Positions 1 through 7,982 of a stretch of DNA of 62,973 nt are shown here, piece by piece (within the stretch, counting starts at the first letter, position 1; each line of letters begins with the position of its first letter). Location: the IMG/VR virus record IMGVR_UViG_3300036761_000576, positions 1 to 62,973 of that record; one strand, given 5' to 3'. The DNA comes from a virus. Its lineage: Duplodnaviria; Caudoviricetes. Under the pieces are notes generated by a model, which was not told the DNA's origin, did not search any database, and saw nothing but the letters and a program-made list of their open reading frames with translations. The translations under genes and the position numbers were made by a program.

Positions 1-11
1 GTCCGTCGGGG

Positions 12-84
12 GCGGTCATGGCTTGCTCCTTGCCGCGTCGATGGCGGCGTCAATGCGCCTGTCCATGTTGAATCCCTGACCGTG
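12..84. repeat. Terminal direct repeat (contig overlap), identical to 62901..62973
   Basis: gcggtcatgg...ccctgaccgtg (73 nt) occurs at both ends, consistent with a circular or terminally redundant genome. Confidence 0.9.
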
Positions 85-546
85 CCAGCCGAGTCGTTGA
101 CAGAACGGCGTCCATGTTTTATCGCCAACATCGCGTAGCCACCGATATCTTTCCGCATCCTTCGCCAGCGTATCCCGCTCGGCCTCCAGCGCGGTGATGC
201 GCTCCAGCAGCATATCCCCGGCTTTTATCGCAGCACGTCGCGCCTCCCGCCAATGATCCCGGTCGGCCTCGGCCACTTCTGCGCGGCGATAAGCGTCAAG
301 ACGAACAGCGATATGTCCATCTATGGCTGCGATCCAGTCGGCATTCTCCGCCTCCAGCGCAGCGATGCGCCAGCGCAGTCCCCGCAAAGCAACTGCGGCG
401 TTTGACAGCAAGCGCATATCATTCAGGACGCTGCTATCTACGCCTGCTTTGGCAAACGCGACAGTCAATCTGCGCTCGGCGTCAACCAAGTGCTCGATCA
501 GCCCATCCAGATCATCCCTCGGCCTCGCGCCGCCTGCGTCGATCAT
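16..546 (-). CDS. Hypothetical accessory protein, coiled-coil with RIxALEAE motifs
   Basis: 176-aa ORF, ATGA-coupled to neighbours, shares blocks with 61793..62200. Confidence 0.7.
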   Translation of the reverse strand: MIDAGGARPRDDLDGLIEHLVDAERRLTVAFAKAGVDSSVLNDMRLLSNAAVALRGLRWRIAALEAENADWIAAIDGHIAVRLDAYRRAEVAEADRDHWREARRAAIKAGDMLLERITALEAERDTLAKDAERYRWLRDVGDKTWTPFCQRLGWHGQGFNMDRRIDAAIDAARSKP

Positions 547-785
547 GGCTTCTCCTTCGCCATTTCCGCGGTCTCATCGTAGTAGTTTTGCTTCATGCGT
601 TCCAACCACTCGATCTTAATCATCTGCTCCGCGATCTTGGCGCGTGCAAGTGCCTCGGAGTCGCGTAATTGGACGAGCGCGGCGGCGGCAAGCCGAATGT
701 CGCTTAGGCTGTTGCCGGTTGTCGTCATGTCGGCCATGCGCCGCAGCCGCTCGACCAGATCATCTGGTGTTGCCATGGCCATCAT
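543..785 (-). CDS. Hypothetical accessory protein (DLVERLR type)
   Basis: 80-aa ORF overlapping both neighbours by 4 nt. Confidence 0.7.
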   Translation of the reverse strand: MMAMATPDDLVERLRRMADMTTTGNSLSDIRLAAAALVQLRDSEALARAKIAEQMIKIEWLERMKQNYYDETAEMAKEKP

Positions 786-1348
786 GTTCCTCCCCGTATG
801 ATTCCTCGATCGACGAGCCGCGCGTCAAATTGCGCCAGCGCACGCACGCGCAACTCCTCCAGCTTGCGGTGGCAGTCATCACGTTTGTCGCGCACGACAT
901 TGGCATCGAGCTTGAACATCTCACGTAGCCGCCTCGAGCTTGGACGGCCCAGACAGAACTGCGTGACCAACTCGCGGTAGCCGCGGATGCGGTGCGTGCC
1001 GGTCCCGGCCTGGCCCATCAGCCACCACGCCACACCATGCACACCAAGGCGCCGCTCTTCGCCCCAGCGGTCGATTAGCACGAGGCCGCCGCCGGCTTGG
1101 CGCTCCTCTGACGGCTTCGGTAGGTAGAACGCGATCAGGAAGCAGCGCGACACAGGATCATCGAGCCGATCGACCTCGGCGCGGATCAGCGCGGCCTGCG
1201 CCCGGATCTCGAGCTTGGTCAGGTCGCTCTTCGCGGGTTGCGGCGACAGCATGAAACCGAAAATGCTCGGCACGGACATCTCTCGGGCGAGCATCCCGAA
1301 CGCCCAGCGCAGCGCGCCTTCGGCCGAGCGCTCCCACGGATCATTCAT
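782..1348 (-). CDS. Putative late antiterminator or regulator (Q-like)
   Basis: Start MNDPW; Q-like position after replication and nin-type genes; ALRWAF N-terminus and basic helical C-terminus. Confidence 0.5.
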   Translation of the reverse strand: MNDPWERSAEGALRWAFGMLAREMSVPSIFGFMLSPQPAKSDLTKLEIRAQAALIRAEVDRLDDPVSRCFLIAFYLPKPSEERQAGGGLVLIDRWGEERRLGVHGVAWWLMGQAGTGTHRIRGYRELVTQFCLGRPSSRRLREMFKLDANVVRDKRDDCHRKLEELRVRALAQFDARLVDRGIIRGGT

Positions 1349-1377
1349 CCCCACCACACCCTGCCAGACCAATTTGT

Positions 1378-1587
1378 TCAATCGTGGTCCGCATTCGCGC
1401 GTTGGCTCAACACAACTTGGCTCAACACAACTATAGCGCGCCGAACAATAGCCGCAGCACATCTGCAATCTTCGCCAAGCGGAGTTTTTGGTGCGCAATT
1501 TCCTAGTTCGACGAGGAATATTTCTAGAGCTTTCAACCGCCCGTAAATATTGCCGTCCTTGCGTTGAAGTCGGCGGCCCTCCCTCAT
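1378..1587 (-). pseudogene. Possible decayed homing-endonuclease N-terminus
   Basis: GNIYGRLKALE followed by CRC/CG and TRECG fragments in shifting frames; AT-richer than flanks. Confidence 0.35.
1402..1431. repeat. 15-bp tandem duplication TTGGCTCAACACAAC x2
   Basis: Directly visible. Confidence 0.9.
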
Positions 1588-1820
1588 TCCGGCTTCCCAG
1601 CGAGTCCGCAGTAGCCGACCGCCTGTTCTGTACCGGCGGCCAGGACGCCAGGCATGAAGCGCCAGTGGCAGCACGCGCTCGCTATGCAGGTCGAGAAGCC
1701 ATAGACAACGTGATCCATGTGCCCGGCCGCGGCGATGCGCCCCGTCTGCACCTGCGGGATCATTGCTGCCGGCGACGCGCGGCATTGCTTGGTCTTGGCC
1801 TGCTCCTCGGTGAGTCTCAC
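1584..1820 (-). CDS. Small Cys-rich phage protein
   Basis: GTG start coupled to upstream stop; TEEQAKTKQC...CIASACCHWR...GYCGLAGKP. Confidence 0.7.
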   Translation of the reverse strand: MRLTEEQAKTKQCRASPAAMIPQVQTGRIAAAGHMDHVVYGFSTCIASACCHWRFMPGVLAAGTEQAVGYCGLAGKPE

Positions 1821-2128
1821 GCTGCCCTCCGCTTTTGTTCCGCCACGCGCGTCTTGGTCAGCGCGACCAATTCCGATTCCGTAATGCCGTACCCGCGCTC
1901 GAACGCCTTGCGACCCACGCAATGCACGCCAGCAATACCTCGGTGGTGATGGAAGCACAATGGAATGACCTCGGAATGCGGCGCTCGCCGTGCCGCGCCT
2001 ACCCCGGTGCGGGGATGATGTAACTCTGCCGGCGTGCCACGATAGCCCATCAACTCGCACAGGATGCAGCCGCCTCGAGCCGCGGCATCCATGTACGCGC
2101 GTTCGGCCTTCGTTGGCGCTTTAGACAC
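1817..2128 (-). CDS. Ref/DUF968-like recombination-enhancement HNH nuclease
   Basis: GCILC...AELHH...IPLCxxHH...GVH...FERGYG motif set. Confidence 0.8.
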   Translation of the reverse strand: MSKAPTKAERAYMDAAARGGCILCELMGYRGTPAELHHPRTGVGAARRAPHSEVIPLCFHHHRGIAGVHCVGRKAFERGYGITESELVALTKTRVAEQKRRAA

Positions 2129-2279
2129 CCATGACCCAGTACGCCAGCACTGCTATGCCAGCTCCGATGGTGAAGATGCCAACAACAACAAAGCCACCGA
2201 GGATCAGCACAACCCCCCCCACAAACAGCGCGAGGAACACGAGGCCCTGGGCGATCATAATTGCGGGTTCGTCATTCAT
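2121..2279 (-). CDS. Small membrane protein
   Basis: 52 aa, almost entirely hydrophobic, coupled overlaps. Confidence 0.55.
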   Translation of the reverse strand: MNDEPAIMIAQGLVFLALFVGGVVLILGGFVVVGIFTIGAGIAVLAYWVMGV

Positions 2280-2740
2280 TCCAATGACCTCAAGTGGCTC
2301 GCGTAGGGTTGGCGGATAAGTTCGTCGAAGACGGCTCCGGCGTCCGCATCCGTGTCCAGTTCGCGGCGCGATGCCACTCCACATAGGTTTCGCACCCCCT
2401 CCGCCGCGCCGTCTGGGTCTGGGCCCACCAGATGATTGATGACCATCCAATCCTGAAACTGTGGATCCTTGCACCACATCACGGCCAACTTGCAGCGCGG
2501 CCCGATCGGCTCGTGCGCGTGCTTGACGGCTTCTTCGTCGTTGCCGCCCGGCCCCGACCGCATTACCTGGTGCTGTCCGATCACCAGCGGCGCGATCGCC
2601 ACCGGCATATCGATCTCCGGGAACAGGCGGTGGAACGCAGCCTTGAAAGGAGGGTCGATATGGACGCTCAAGACCAGGGTCCCGTCGACCAATTCCTTGA
2701 CCTGGCGCCGCGTGCCCGGGATCGCGGTGACGTCGCTCAT
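2276..2740 (-). CDS. Conserved-type phage hypothetical protein
   Basis: LVDGTL and C-terminal CKDPQF...LCGVASRRELD motif. Confidence 0.75.
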   Translation of the reverse strand: MSDVTAIPGTRRQVKELVDGTLVLSVHIDPPFKAAFHRLFPEIDMPVAIAPLVIGQHQVMRSGPGGNDEEAVKHAHEPIGPRCKLAVMWCKDPQFQDWMVINHLVGPDPDGAAEGVRNLCGVASRRELDTDADAGAVFDELIRQPYASHLRSLE

Positions 2741-2919
2741 GCCAACACCCTCTCCGCCGCAGCCTTGGCGGCTGCCGCCGAATCGAACACATCCACGGGC
2801 CGATTGCCGTCCCACAGCAGGTAGCGATGTTGGCCGCCGACCGTCGCCTTACTGATGGTCACGGCGCCGCTCTGGATCGCGTACTTGCCGATCCTCTTCC
2901 AGCCGTCGTTCTCGGCCAT
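2737..2919 (-). CDS. Hypothetical protein
   Basis: 60 aa, coupled at both ends. Confidence 0.6.
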   Translation of the reverse strand: MAENDGWKRIGKYAIQSGAVTISKATVGGQHRYLLWDGNRPVDVFDSAAAAKAAAERVLA

Positions 2920-3026
2920 CACCACCCACGCTTACCCATCTTCTTGCCCGGGACCTTCTTCTTTGGTTGGATGGGGGGTGGTTTCCGCACCAACTGGGGG
3001 TACTCGAAGGTTTTCGCCTTGGCCAT
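2919..3026 (-). CDS. Small basic protein (35 aa, below ORF-track cutoff)
   Basis: AAGGAG RBS, MAKAKTFEYPQ...KRGW, TGATG coupling. Confidence 0.55.
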   Translation of the reverse strand: MAKAKTFEYPQLVRKPPPIQPKKKVPGKKMGKRGW

Positions 3027-3054
3027 GCTCTTCTCCTTGTGGTGGATGGGCGGC

Positions 3055-3264
3055 TCAGGGCCGCAATTTGGCAACGATCTTCGCCGCCGAAAGGTGGAAG
3101 ACGCGAGCGACGATGAAGAGATCGCGCAGCGTGGGCGCTACCAAGCCGCGCTCCAGGCGCGACAGGCGCGAGTAGTCGAGTTTGGCAACCAGGCCTAGGT
3201 CGCGGAGCGAGACGGTCCCGCGTTGCCGGCGGAGCCACTGTCCGAAGGTCGGCCGCGTCATCAT
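3055..3264 (-). CDS. XRE-family HTH regulator
   Basis: FGQWLRRQR...SLRDLG...SRLSRLERG..PT. Confidence 0.85.
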   Translation of the reverse strand: MMTRPTFGQWLRRQRGTVSLRDLGLVAKLDYSRLSRLERGLVAPTLRDLFIVARVFHLSAAKIVAKLRP

Positions 3265-3602
3265 GTTGCCCGGTTGGCGGCCGACGCGCGCCAGATCGCA
3301 ACTCGATGGCCGTGGGTGCGTGGACTCGCGGCGCACTTGTAGCGGCCGGTGTGCTCGATCACCTTTTGCCTGTCGGCGTGCTTGAACAGCGCGCCCCAGA
3401 CCTTGTGGGTGTGGGGGTTGGGATTGCCGCGGCTGAGGAAGTCGACCCGGAATTGTTCGGCCGTAAACGCTCTGTGCTCGGCGGCATAGACGCGCAATTT
3501 AGCCATCGCCCACGCCTTCCACGCCGCGGGCTCGACGAGAAGCGTCTGCGCACAGCCGAGATCCCTGAGCCGCAGGCTGAGTTGTCGGTCAAGAACAATC
3601 AT
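3261..3602 (-). CDS. Hypothetical protein
   Basis: FTAEQ...WGALF...H.H...IW pattern, coupled to neighbours. Confidence 0.7.
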   Translation of the reverse strand: MIVLDRQLSLRLRDLGCAQTLLVEPAAWKAWAMAKLRVYAAEHRAFTAEQFRVDFLSRGNPNPHTHKVWGALFKHADRQKVIEHTGRYKCAASPRTHGHRVAIWRASAANRAT

Positions 3603-3973
3603 CAGAAGGCCTCATTCGCGGGCTCGTTTTGAATGGCTTCCCGCTCGAGCAGCTCTTCGGCGATCAGGCATACCGGGCGTGCCGTTGGCCGCCGGACTGC
3701 GTTCGCCCAGCCCGTGGGCGGGGGCGTGCGCACGCTTCCGTAGCCTCGCCCTCTGAACATCGGGAAATGTTGGTGGCAGTACCAGCGATCCGAGCCACGG
3801 GTGCTTTCGGTGAGCGTGCCTGGCTTGCTGCATCGATTGCCTTGAGCATCAGTGTCGGCACAACGCCACCAATTTTGGTCATGGCCTTTACTGGGTGCTG
3901 CCGGCTTCCCGGCTGCGCATTTCAGGCAGTACGGCCCATCAACCACGCTGCCACAAGTGGGGCAATCTTTCAT
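3602..3973 (-). CDS. Zn-finger protein downstream of the replication initiator
   Basis: CPTC, CLKC, C..C, YCHQH. Confidence 0.7.
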   Translation of the reverse strand: MKDCPTCGSVVDGPYCLKCAAGKPAAPSKGHDQNWWRCADTDAQGNRCSKPGTLTESTRGSDRWYCHQHFPMFRGRGYGSVRTPPPTGWANAVRRPTARPVCLIAEELLEREAIQNEPANEAF

Positions 3974-4734
3974 CGCGTCGGCTCCATTTCAGCGCGTCGA
4001 ATCCACGTCCGCCAGACAGCCAGCCACTTGACTTTGGTGGCGTCCTTTCCGGCTTTGGCCGTCCAGTAATCTCGGAAGGTGATCGATTCACGGACAACAC
4101 CCTGCGAGGTCCAGTCGGGACGGATGGCGAGAGCTATCGCCTCCCAGTCGTCAGGCAGTCGCCAGTCATCAGGAAGGCGGGTCCCGCGAGCACTGCCGTT
4201 GAGTCCTTTGTCTTTTTTCTCCGGTTTTTGGGAAAGGGGGCTTTTTGGCAAAAAAGCACCAGGCTCTTGAACTGCTTTTGTTTTTAAGGCTTCTGGCTTC
4301 TGGCTACTGGCTAGCATTCCTCCCGCGCGAGCATTGCCATCGCTATGCGTTTGCATTGCGTTCGCATCAGCGTCGCATGTGCCTTCACATTGCCTTGGTA
4401 ATGCCATCGCATTGCGTTCGCTCCATCTGTGCTTTGCGGATTGACGGGCAGACGCACTGCGTTCGGACTGCGCCAGCAATTCAAGATCGGCCCGTTTCTG
4501 ATGCAGCCCATCCGCCTGCACGGTGAAATATCGCCCGACCACGTAATCCACCGCGACCTTGTCCGCTTTGCTGATGGCGCCGGCCATCCGATACCGTTCA
4601 CGTTGCTCGAGCGGGAGAGGCTTTTCGCTCGCGTAATACTGGTCGAGCAAGGCCGTGTAGGCTCCCCGCTCCGTGAGAGAGAGCCCTACGGTGTCGCGGA
4701 TGAAATCCCCGACATGACGCGGGTAATGATTCAC
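3970..4734 (-). CDS. Replication initiator, YdaU/DUF1376 family
   Basis: NHYPRHVGDF..DT..LS..ERGAY..LLD.YY; C-terminal RGTRLPDDW...FRDYW...W...WRTW. Confidence 0.85.
   Translation of the reverse strand: MNHYPRHVGDFIRDTVGLSLTERGAYTALLDQYYASEKPLPLEQRERYRMAGAISKADKVAVDYVVGRYFTVQADGLHQKRADLELLAQSERSASARQSAKHRWSERNAMALPRQCEGTCDADANAMQTHSDGNARAGGMLASSQKPEALKTKAVQEPGAFLPKSPLSQKPEKKDKGLNGSARGTRLPDDWRLPDDWEAIALAIRPDWTSQGVVRESITFRDYWTAKAGKDATKVKWLAVWRTWIRRAEMEPTR
4270..4421. promoter_or_regulatory. Putative replication origin within the initiator gene
   Basis: GCATTGCGTTCGC at 4353 and 4409 plus related GCATTGCCATCGC copies; adjacent AT-rich tract and TGGCT(T/A)C repeats, as in lambda O. Confidence 0.55.
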
Positions 4735-5072
4735 GCCGCCCCCAGCACTGGCTGCAAGGCTTGCATGAGCAGTAGGAGCGCCACCCCGTTGCGCAACTGG
4801 TCCGGTGTCACGTACAGCACGCGCCAACCGGCGAGCGCGGCGGCATTCATTTTTTCCATTTCCTTGAGTTGGCCGGCGCCGCGGGTGTGACGGCCTTGCA
4901 CCCAGATCCCACCATTGACTTCAAGGGCGAGCATGTGCAGCGGCCAGGCGTAGTCAAAACGCCACTTCCGCGTCGCGTGGAATTGGTACTCAGGGACCGG
5001 CTCCGGTAGCCGCGCAGCGCGACACAGGTTGACCAACGAGTAGATCGTCATCGCGTGCACGACCTGGTTCAT
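4731..5072 (-). CDS. PD-(D/E)XK endonuclease (DUF559/VRR-NUC-like)
   Basis: PEYQFH..RKWRFDYAW...ALEVNGG.W..GRHTRG...GWRVL. Confidence 0.8.
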   Translation of the reverse strand: MNQVVHAMTIYSLVNLCRAARLPEPVPEYQFHATRKWRFDYAWPLHMLALEVNGGIWVQGRHTRGAGQLKEMEKMNAAALAGWRVLYVTPDQLRNGVALLLLMQALQPVLGAA

Positions 5073-5383
5073 TCCGCGTCTTCCTCGAACAGCAGTCCGC
5101 GCTCCGCAATGGCGCGGCGTGCGATCGTTTCGATGGCGTGCGCGAGATCGGCGTTCACGCACACACGGGTCTTGTCGACGGCTTTCAGATCCAGCGCATC
5201 GAGGAATTTCGGCAGGTCGTCGAGCCGCACACCGGACTCGCCGTTGAGGATCTTCGTGGTCCACGACTCGGCTTTGCCCATGGCCATGTCGATCGCCTCA
5301 CGCTTTGCCCTTCCCAGACGCAAGCGGATGATCCCCATCCCTGGGAGTGCACCCGTCGCTGTTGTAGTGGACAGTTCTGCCAT
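5069..5383 (-). CDS. CII-like transcriptional regulator
   Basis: Between cro and replication genes; HTH-like AMGKAESWTTKIL; start uncertain. Confidence 0.55.
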   Translation of the reverse strand: MAELSTTTATGALPGMGIIRLRLGRAKREAIDMAMGKAESWTTKILNGESGVRLDDLPKFLDALDLKAVDKTRVCVNADLAHAIETIARRAIAERGLLFEEDAE

Positions 5384-5418
5384 GACATCAGGCGGCGCCC
5401 CCTCCCACGCGAAGATGC

Positions 5419-5694
5419 GTGTTCCTGCACACACCCAACATGGGAGGGTTTACCGTGGAAATAAGCGAAGCCGATTGGTACGATTTGGTCGCGCACACCG
5501 ACCTCGTACAAACGCTTGTCCTGCAATTGGTGCACCAGCACCCGCAGCGCGGCATGTTCATTTCCGGCCTCGCGCACGCGGTTCGGGACACTGCGGAAAA
5601 ATTACTCGCCATGCCTGTACCAGACGCACAAATAGCGGCGCTGGACCGGGAGGGTCAACGGTTACTCGCCTTGCTGAGAGCGCCAACAACGTAG
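5419..5694 (+). CDS. Possible antisense-oriented hypothetical protein
   Basis: Fills the gap between cII-like gene and cro; GGAGG precedes an internal GTG. Confidence 0.35.
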   Translation: MFLHTPNMGGFTVEISEADWYDLVAHTDLVQTLVLQLVHQHPQRGMFISGLAHAVRDTAEKLLAMPVPDAQIAALDREGQRLLALLRAPTT

Positions 5695-5727
5695 CCGTCA
5701 TCCGGCGGTTGAAATCGTCCTGGTCGC

Positions 5728-5979
5728 TCATGCCGCTTCCTTCGTCGGCATCGGCTTGCCCCGTATCACCGCCCAGTCGATGTCAGGTCGCAGCTCCTCG
5801 ACCGTCACCGCACCCTCAGTTACGCGCTCGATCTCAATGGCGCGATCCGTTGGCAGAGGTCTTGCCCCAGTGCACCACTGCGAAACCATAGAAACCGAAA
5901 CACCAAGGCGATTGGCAAGAGAGACCTGCGAACCAACTTCCCCGCAGGCTTTCCGGATTGCATCAATGGAGGCACTCAT
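5728..5979 (-). CDS. cro: Cro-like repressor (YdaS family)
   Basis: GSQVSLANRLGVSVSMVSQW...IERVTEGAVTVEELRPD; divergent from cI. Confidence 0.9.
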   Translation of the reverse strand: MSASIDAIRKACGEVGSQVSLANRLGVSVSMVSQWCTGARPLPTDRAIEIERVTEGAVTVEELRPDIDWAVIRGKPMPTKEAA

Positions 5980-5987
5980 GGAAACAC

Positions 5988-6028
5988 AATGTACAGCATT
6001 GCTGACTGCCAAGTCAACTGCATTGCTG
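5988..6028 (-). promoter_or_regulatory. PR-like promoter with two operators
   Basis: Minus-strand TTGACT (6017-6012) and TACATT; operators CAGCATTGCTG 5994-6004 and CTGCATTGCTG 6018-6028. Confidence 0.75.
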
Positions 6029-6058
6029 TTTCCTAGGAAACGGGCAGATTATTCAGCG

Positions 6059-6622
6059 ATGCTTAAGCGCGACAACCACGCGGCGCGCAAGATCGAGTGG
6101 GCCCTGCAACAGCCGGGGATCACGCCCAATGGGTTACGACGACTAGCTAAACTCAAAAGCAAGTCAGCAGTTTCTGAATGGAAGCGCACCGGGCGAATTG
6201 CTAAGCATCACATCCCACTACTGGCCGCACGAACCAACACGATAGAGCGCTGGTGGCTTACCAAAGACGCCCCGATCCCGCCGACCGTTCAATGGACGAC
6301 AGCAAGAGAGCCGAACGCCACCATCGAGCCAGTTTCCGTCGGACACCGAACGTTGGCTGAGTTGTCGACGGCGCAGGCGAAATTACTCGAGGTTTGGGCG
6401 CGACTGACAAAGACCCAGCAGGCGTCGCAGATGGATCAACTCCAAGCAACGGCGGCGAGCAACATCGAGATTGCCGAGCACCTGGTTGGGCTTGGCATCA
6501 CCCGCGTCATCTCCGACAGTGAAGTCAAAGAAAAATTGCGCCCCGAGGCGGCTCTCCGCGAGGGGATCACCCCTGGGAGTGTTCTCCAGCAGAGCCGCAA
6601 AGAGGTGAGGAAAAAACCATGA
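6059..6622 (+). CDS. cI: CI-like immunity repressor
   Basis: N-terminal HTH (KSKSAVSEWKRTGRIAK), divergent from cro; no obvious S24 peptidase domain. Confidence 0.75.
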   Translation: MLKRDNHAARKIEWALQQPGITPNGLRRLAKLKSKSAVSEWKRTGRIAKHHIPLLAARTNTIERWWLTKDAPIPPTVQWTTAREPNATIEPVSVGHRTLAELSTAQAKLLEVWARLTKTQQASQMDQLQATAASNIEIAEHLVGLGITRVISDSEVKEKLRPEAALREGITPGSVLQQSRKEVRKKP

Positions 6623-7260
6623 ACATCACGGTGGTCGCCACGTGCGCAACGCTGTTGCTCGGAGCTTGTGCGGGAGCTAAACCTGCGAACACCCAACCGC
6701 TCAAACCAGGCGCATCGAACTACTGGGAAGTCGTTTTCGCTGAGTGTGAGGCGCTTGGATACCGTCCTAAGACACCGGAACTTACGGCCTGCGTCGACAG
6801 GCTGGATACAACGAAATACGCACACCGATACGCCCCCGAAGGGGCACCTATATCGCTTAGCCAAACACCGCCGCCCAAACCTCAACCCTCGGCTCAAGCG
6901 CCCGCGGCCGTCTCCGTCCAGGAGGAATGTCGCGTCGTCCCAAGCAGTCCATACGACGATCCCCGCTTGCTGCGCCAAATGGCCACCATTTACTTGAAGC
7001 ATGGCCTATCCGAAGGAACGGATTTCCTGCAACGCGCATCGAACGCGCAGCAAGAGATAGACCTCCAGGAACGCGCATGCGCGCTGTGCGCCAATGCTGG
7101 CCTTGCCAACGGTAGCTTGGAGCGAAGCAACTGCGTTGCCGATCAAGTCGCAAAGCATCGGCGACCAGAGCGCGCAGATCCGTCACCAGGCTTTCGACAA
7201 AAGAGCAGCGTGACGTGCCGAAAGAATGTGCTCGGCGACGTGACCTGCACCGAAGACTAA
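6619..7260 (+). CDS. Lipoprotein coupled to cI; candidate superinfection-exclusion protein
   Basis: Lipobox LLGAC, two C-xxx-G...CV units, ATGA overlap with cI, segment matching the ejection protein. Confidence 0.8.
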   Translation: MNITVVATCATLLLGACAGAKPANTQPLKPGASNYWEVVFAECEALGYRPKTPELTACVDRLDTTKYAHRYAPEGAPISLSQTPPPKPQPSAQAPAAVSVQEECRVVPSSPYDDPRLLRQMATIYLKHGLSEGTDFLQRASNAQQEIDLQERACALCANAGLANGSLERSNCVADQVAKHRRPERADPSPGFRQKSSVTCRKNVLGDVTCTED

Positions 7261-7264
7261 GCCT

Positions 7265-7519
7265 ATGGCCGACGAACCACTGATCCAATCGCTTGTCGAT
7301 CGCGTGAATCGACAGGAAGCAGAGTTCGCAGTCCTGCGCACGCTCCTCGTGCTCGTGGCGCGACAAGCATCAGACCGCGCCGCTCTACTGCGAGAATTCG
7401 ATCGCTCCATGGAGGACCAGACGGTCAGAACCATCTACGCCACCATGCCAGAAGAATTCCTCGAAGAGCTGCGAATCGCGGCGTCGGTGTTTCGAGAACA
7501 ATTACTCGACGACGGCTGA
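7265..7519 (+). CDS. Hypothetical helical protein in the cI operon
   Basis: Starts 4 nt after the lipoprotein stop. Confidence 0.65.
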   Translation: MADEPLIQSLVDRVNRQEAEFAVLRTLLVLVARQASDRAALLREFDRSMEDQTVRTIYATMPEEFLEELRIAASVFREQLLDDG

Positions 7520-7769
7520 TTTCCGCCGATGCGCGCACCAGGCGTATTACGAAATCCTCGCGCTCGCTCCCATCGCCCGCTGGCACAGCGGTGATCTGCG
7601 CGCTGTCGGGCATACCTTGCGGCCAATCGAAAGTGCCGCCGCCGGACTCAACTAACCTCACCGGGGCAGCCCCCCCGCCCCCATCGCCGCCTTTGAACAC
7701 GCCCATCTCGCCCACCATCACATATCCACCGTCGCGTCCGCCACCGCCACCCGCCCCGCAGTTCGTCAT
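7425..7769 (-). CDS. Possible Gly-rich hypothetical protein
   Basis: GGAGAGGGCT-ATG start; overlaps the convergent gene by 95 nt. Confidence 0.4.
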   Translation of the reverse strand: MTNCGAGGGGGRDGGYVMVGEMGVFKGGDGGGGAAPVRLVESGGGTFDWPQGMPDSAQITAVPAGDGSEREDFVIRLVRASAEISRRRVIVLETPTPRFAALRGILLAWWRRWF

Positions 7770-7810
7770 AGCCCTCTCCGTTAGGTAGTTCGCCGGCCCG
7801 CCCGGCCCCC

Positions 7811-7836
7811 AAACCCGCTCCGGCGGGTTTTTCTTC
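7811..7836 (+). terminator. Intrinsic terminator ending the cI operon
   Basis: AAACCCGC-TCCG-GCGGGTTT followed by TTCTT. Confidence 0.75.
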
Positions 7837-7897
7837 GCCCATCGCCGGTTCTGAGACGGCTCAATAACGGCCAAGCGGCAGGCAAATGAAAGAATAT

Positions 7898-7937
7898 CAG
7901 CAATGCTGTTGACAGCATACCAGCATTGCTGTATTCT
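7898..7937 (+). promoter_or_regulatory. PL-like sigma70 promoter with two operators
   Basis: TTGACA (7909-14), 17 nt, TATTCT (7932-37); CAGCAATGCTG 7898-7908 and CAGCATTGCTG 7921-7931. Confidence 0.85.
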
Positions 7938-7982
7938 ACTCCCATCGACCTTTTCCATCCGCATCCAGCAGGAGCCGCACCA

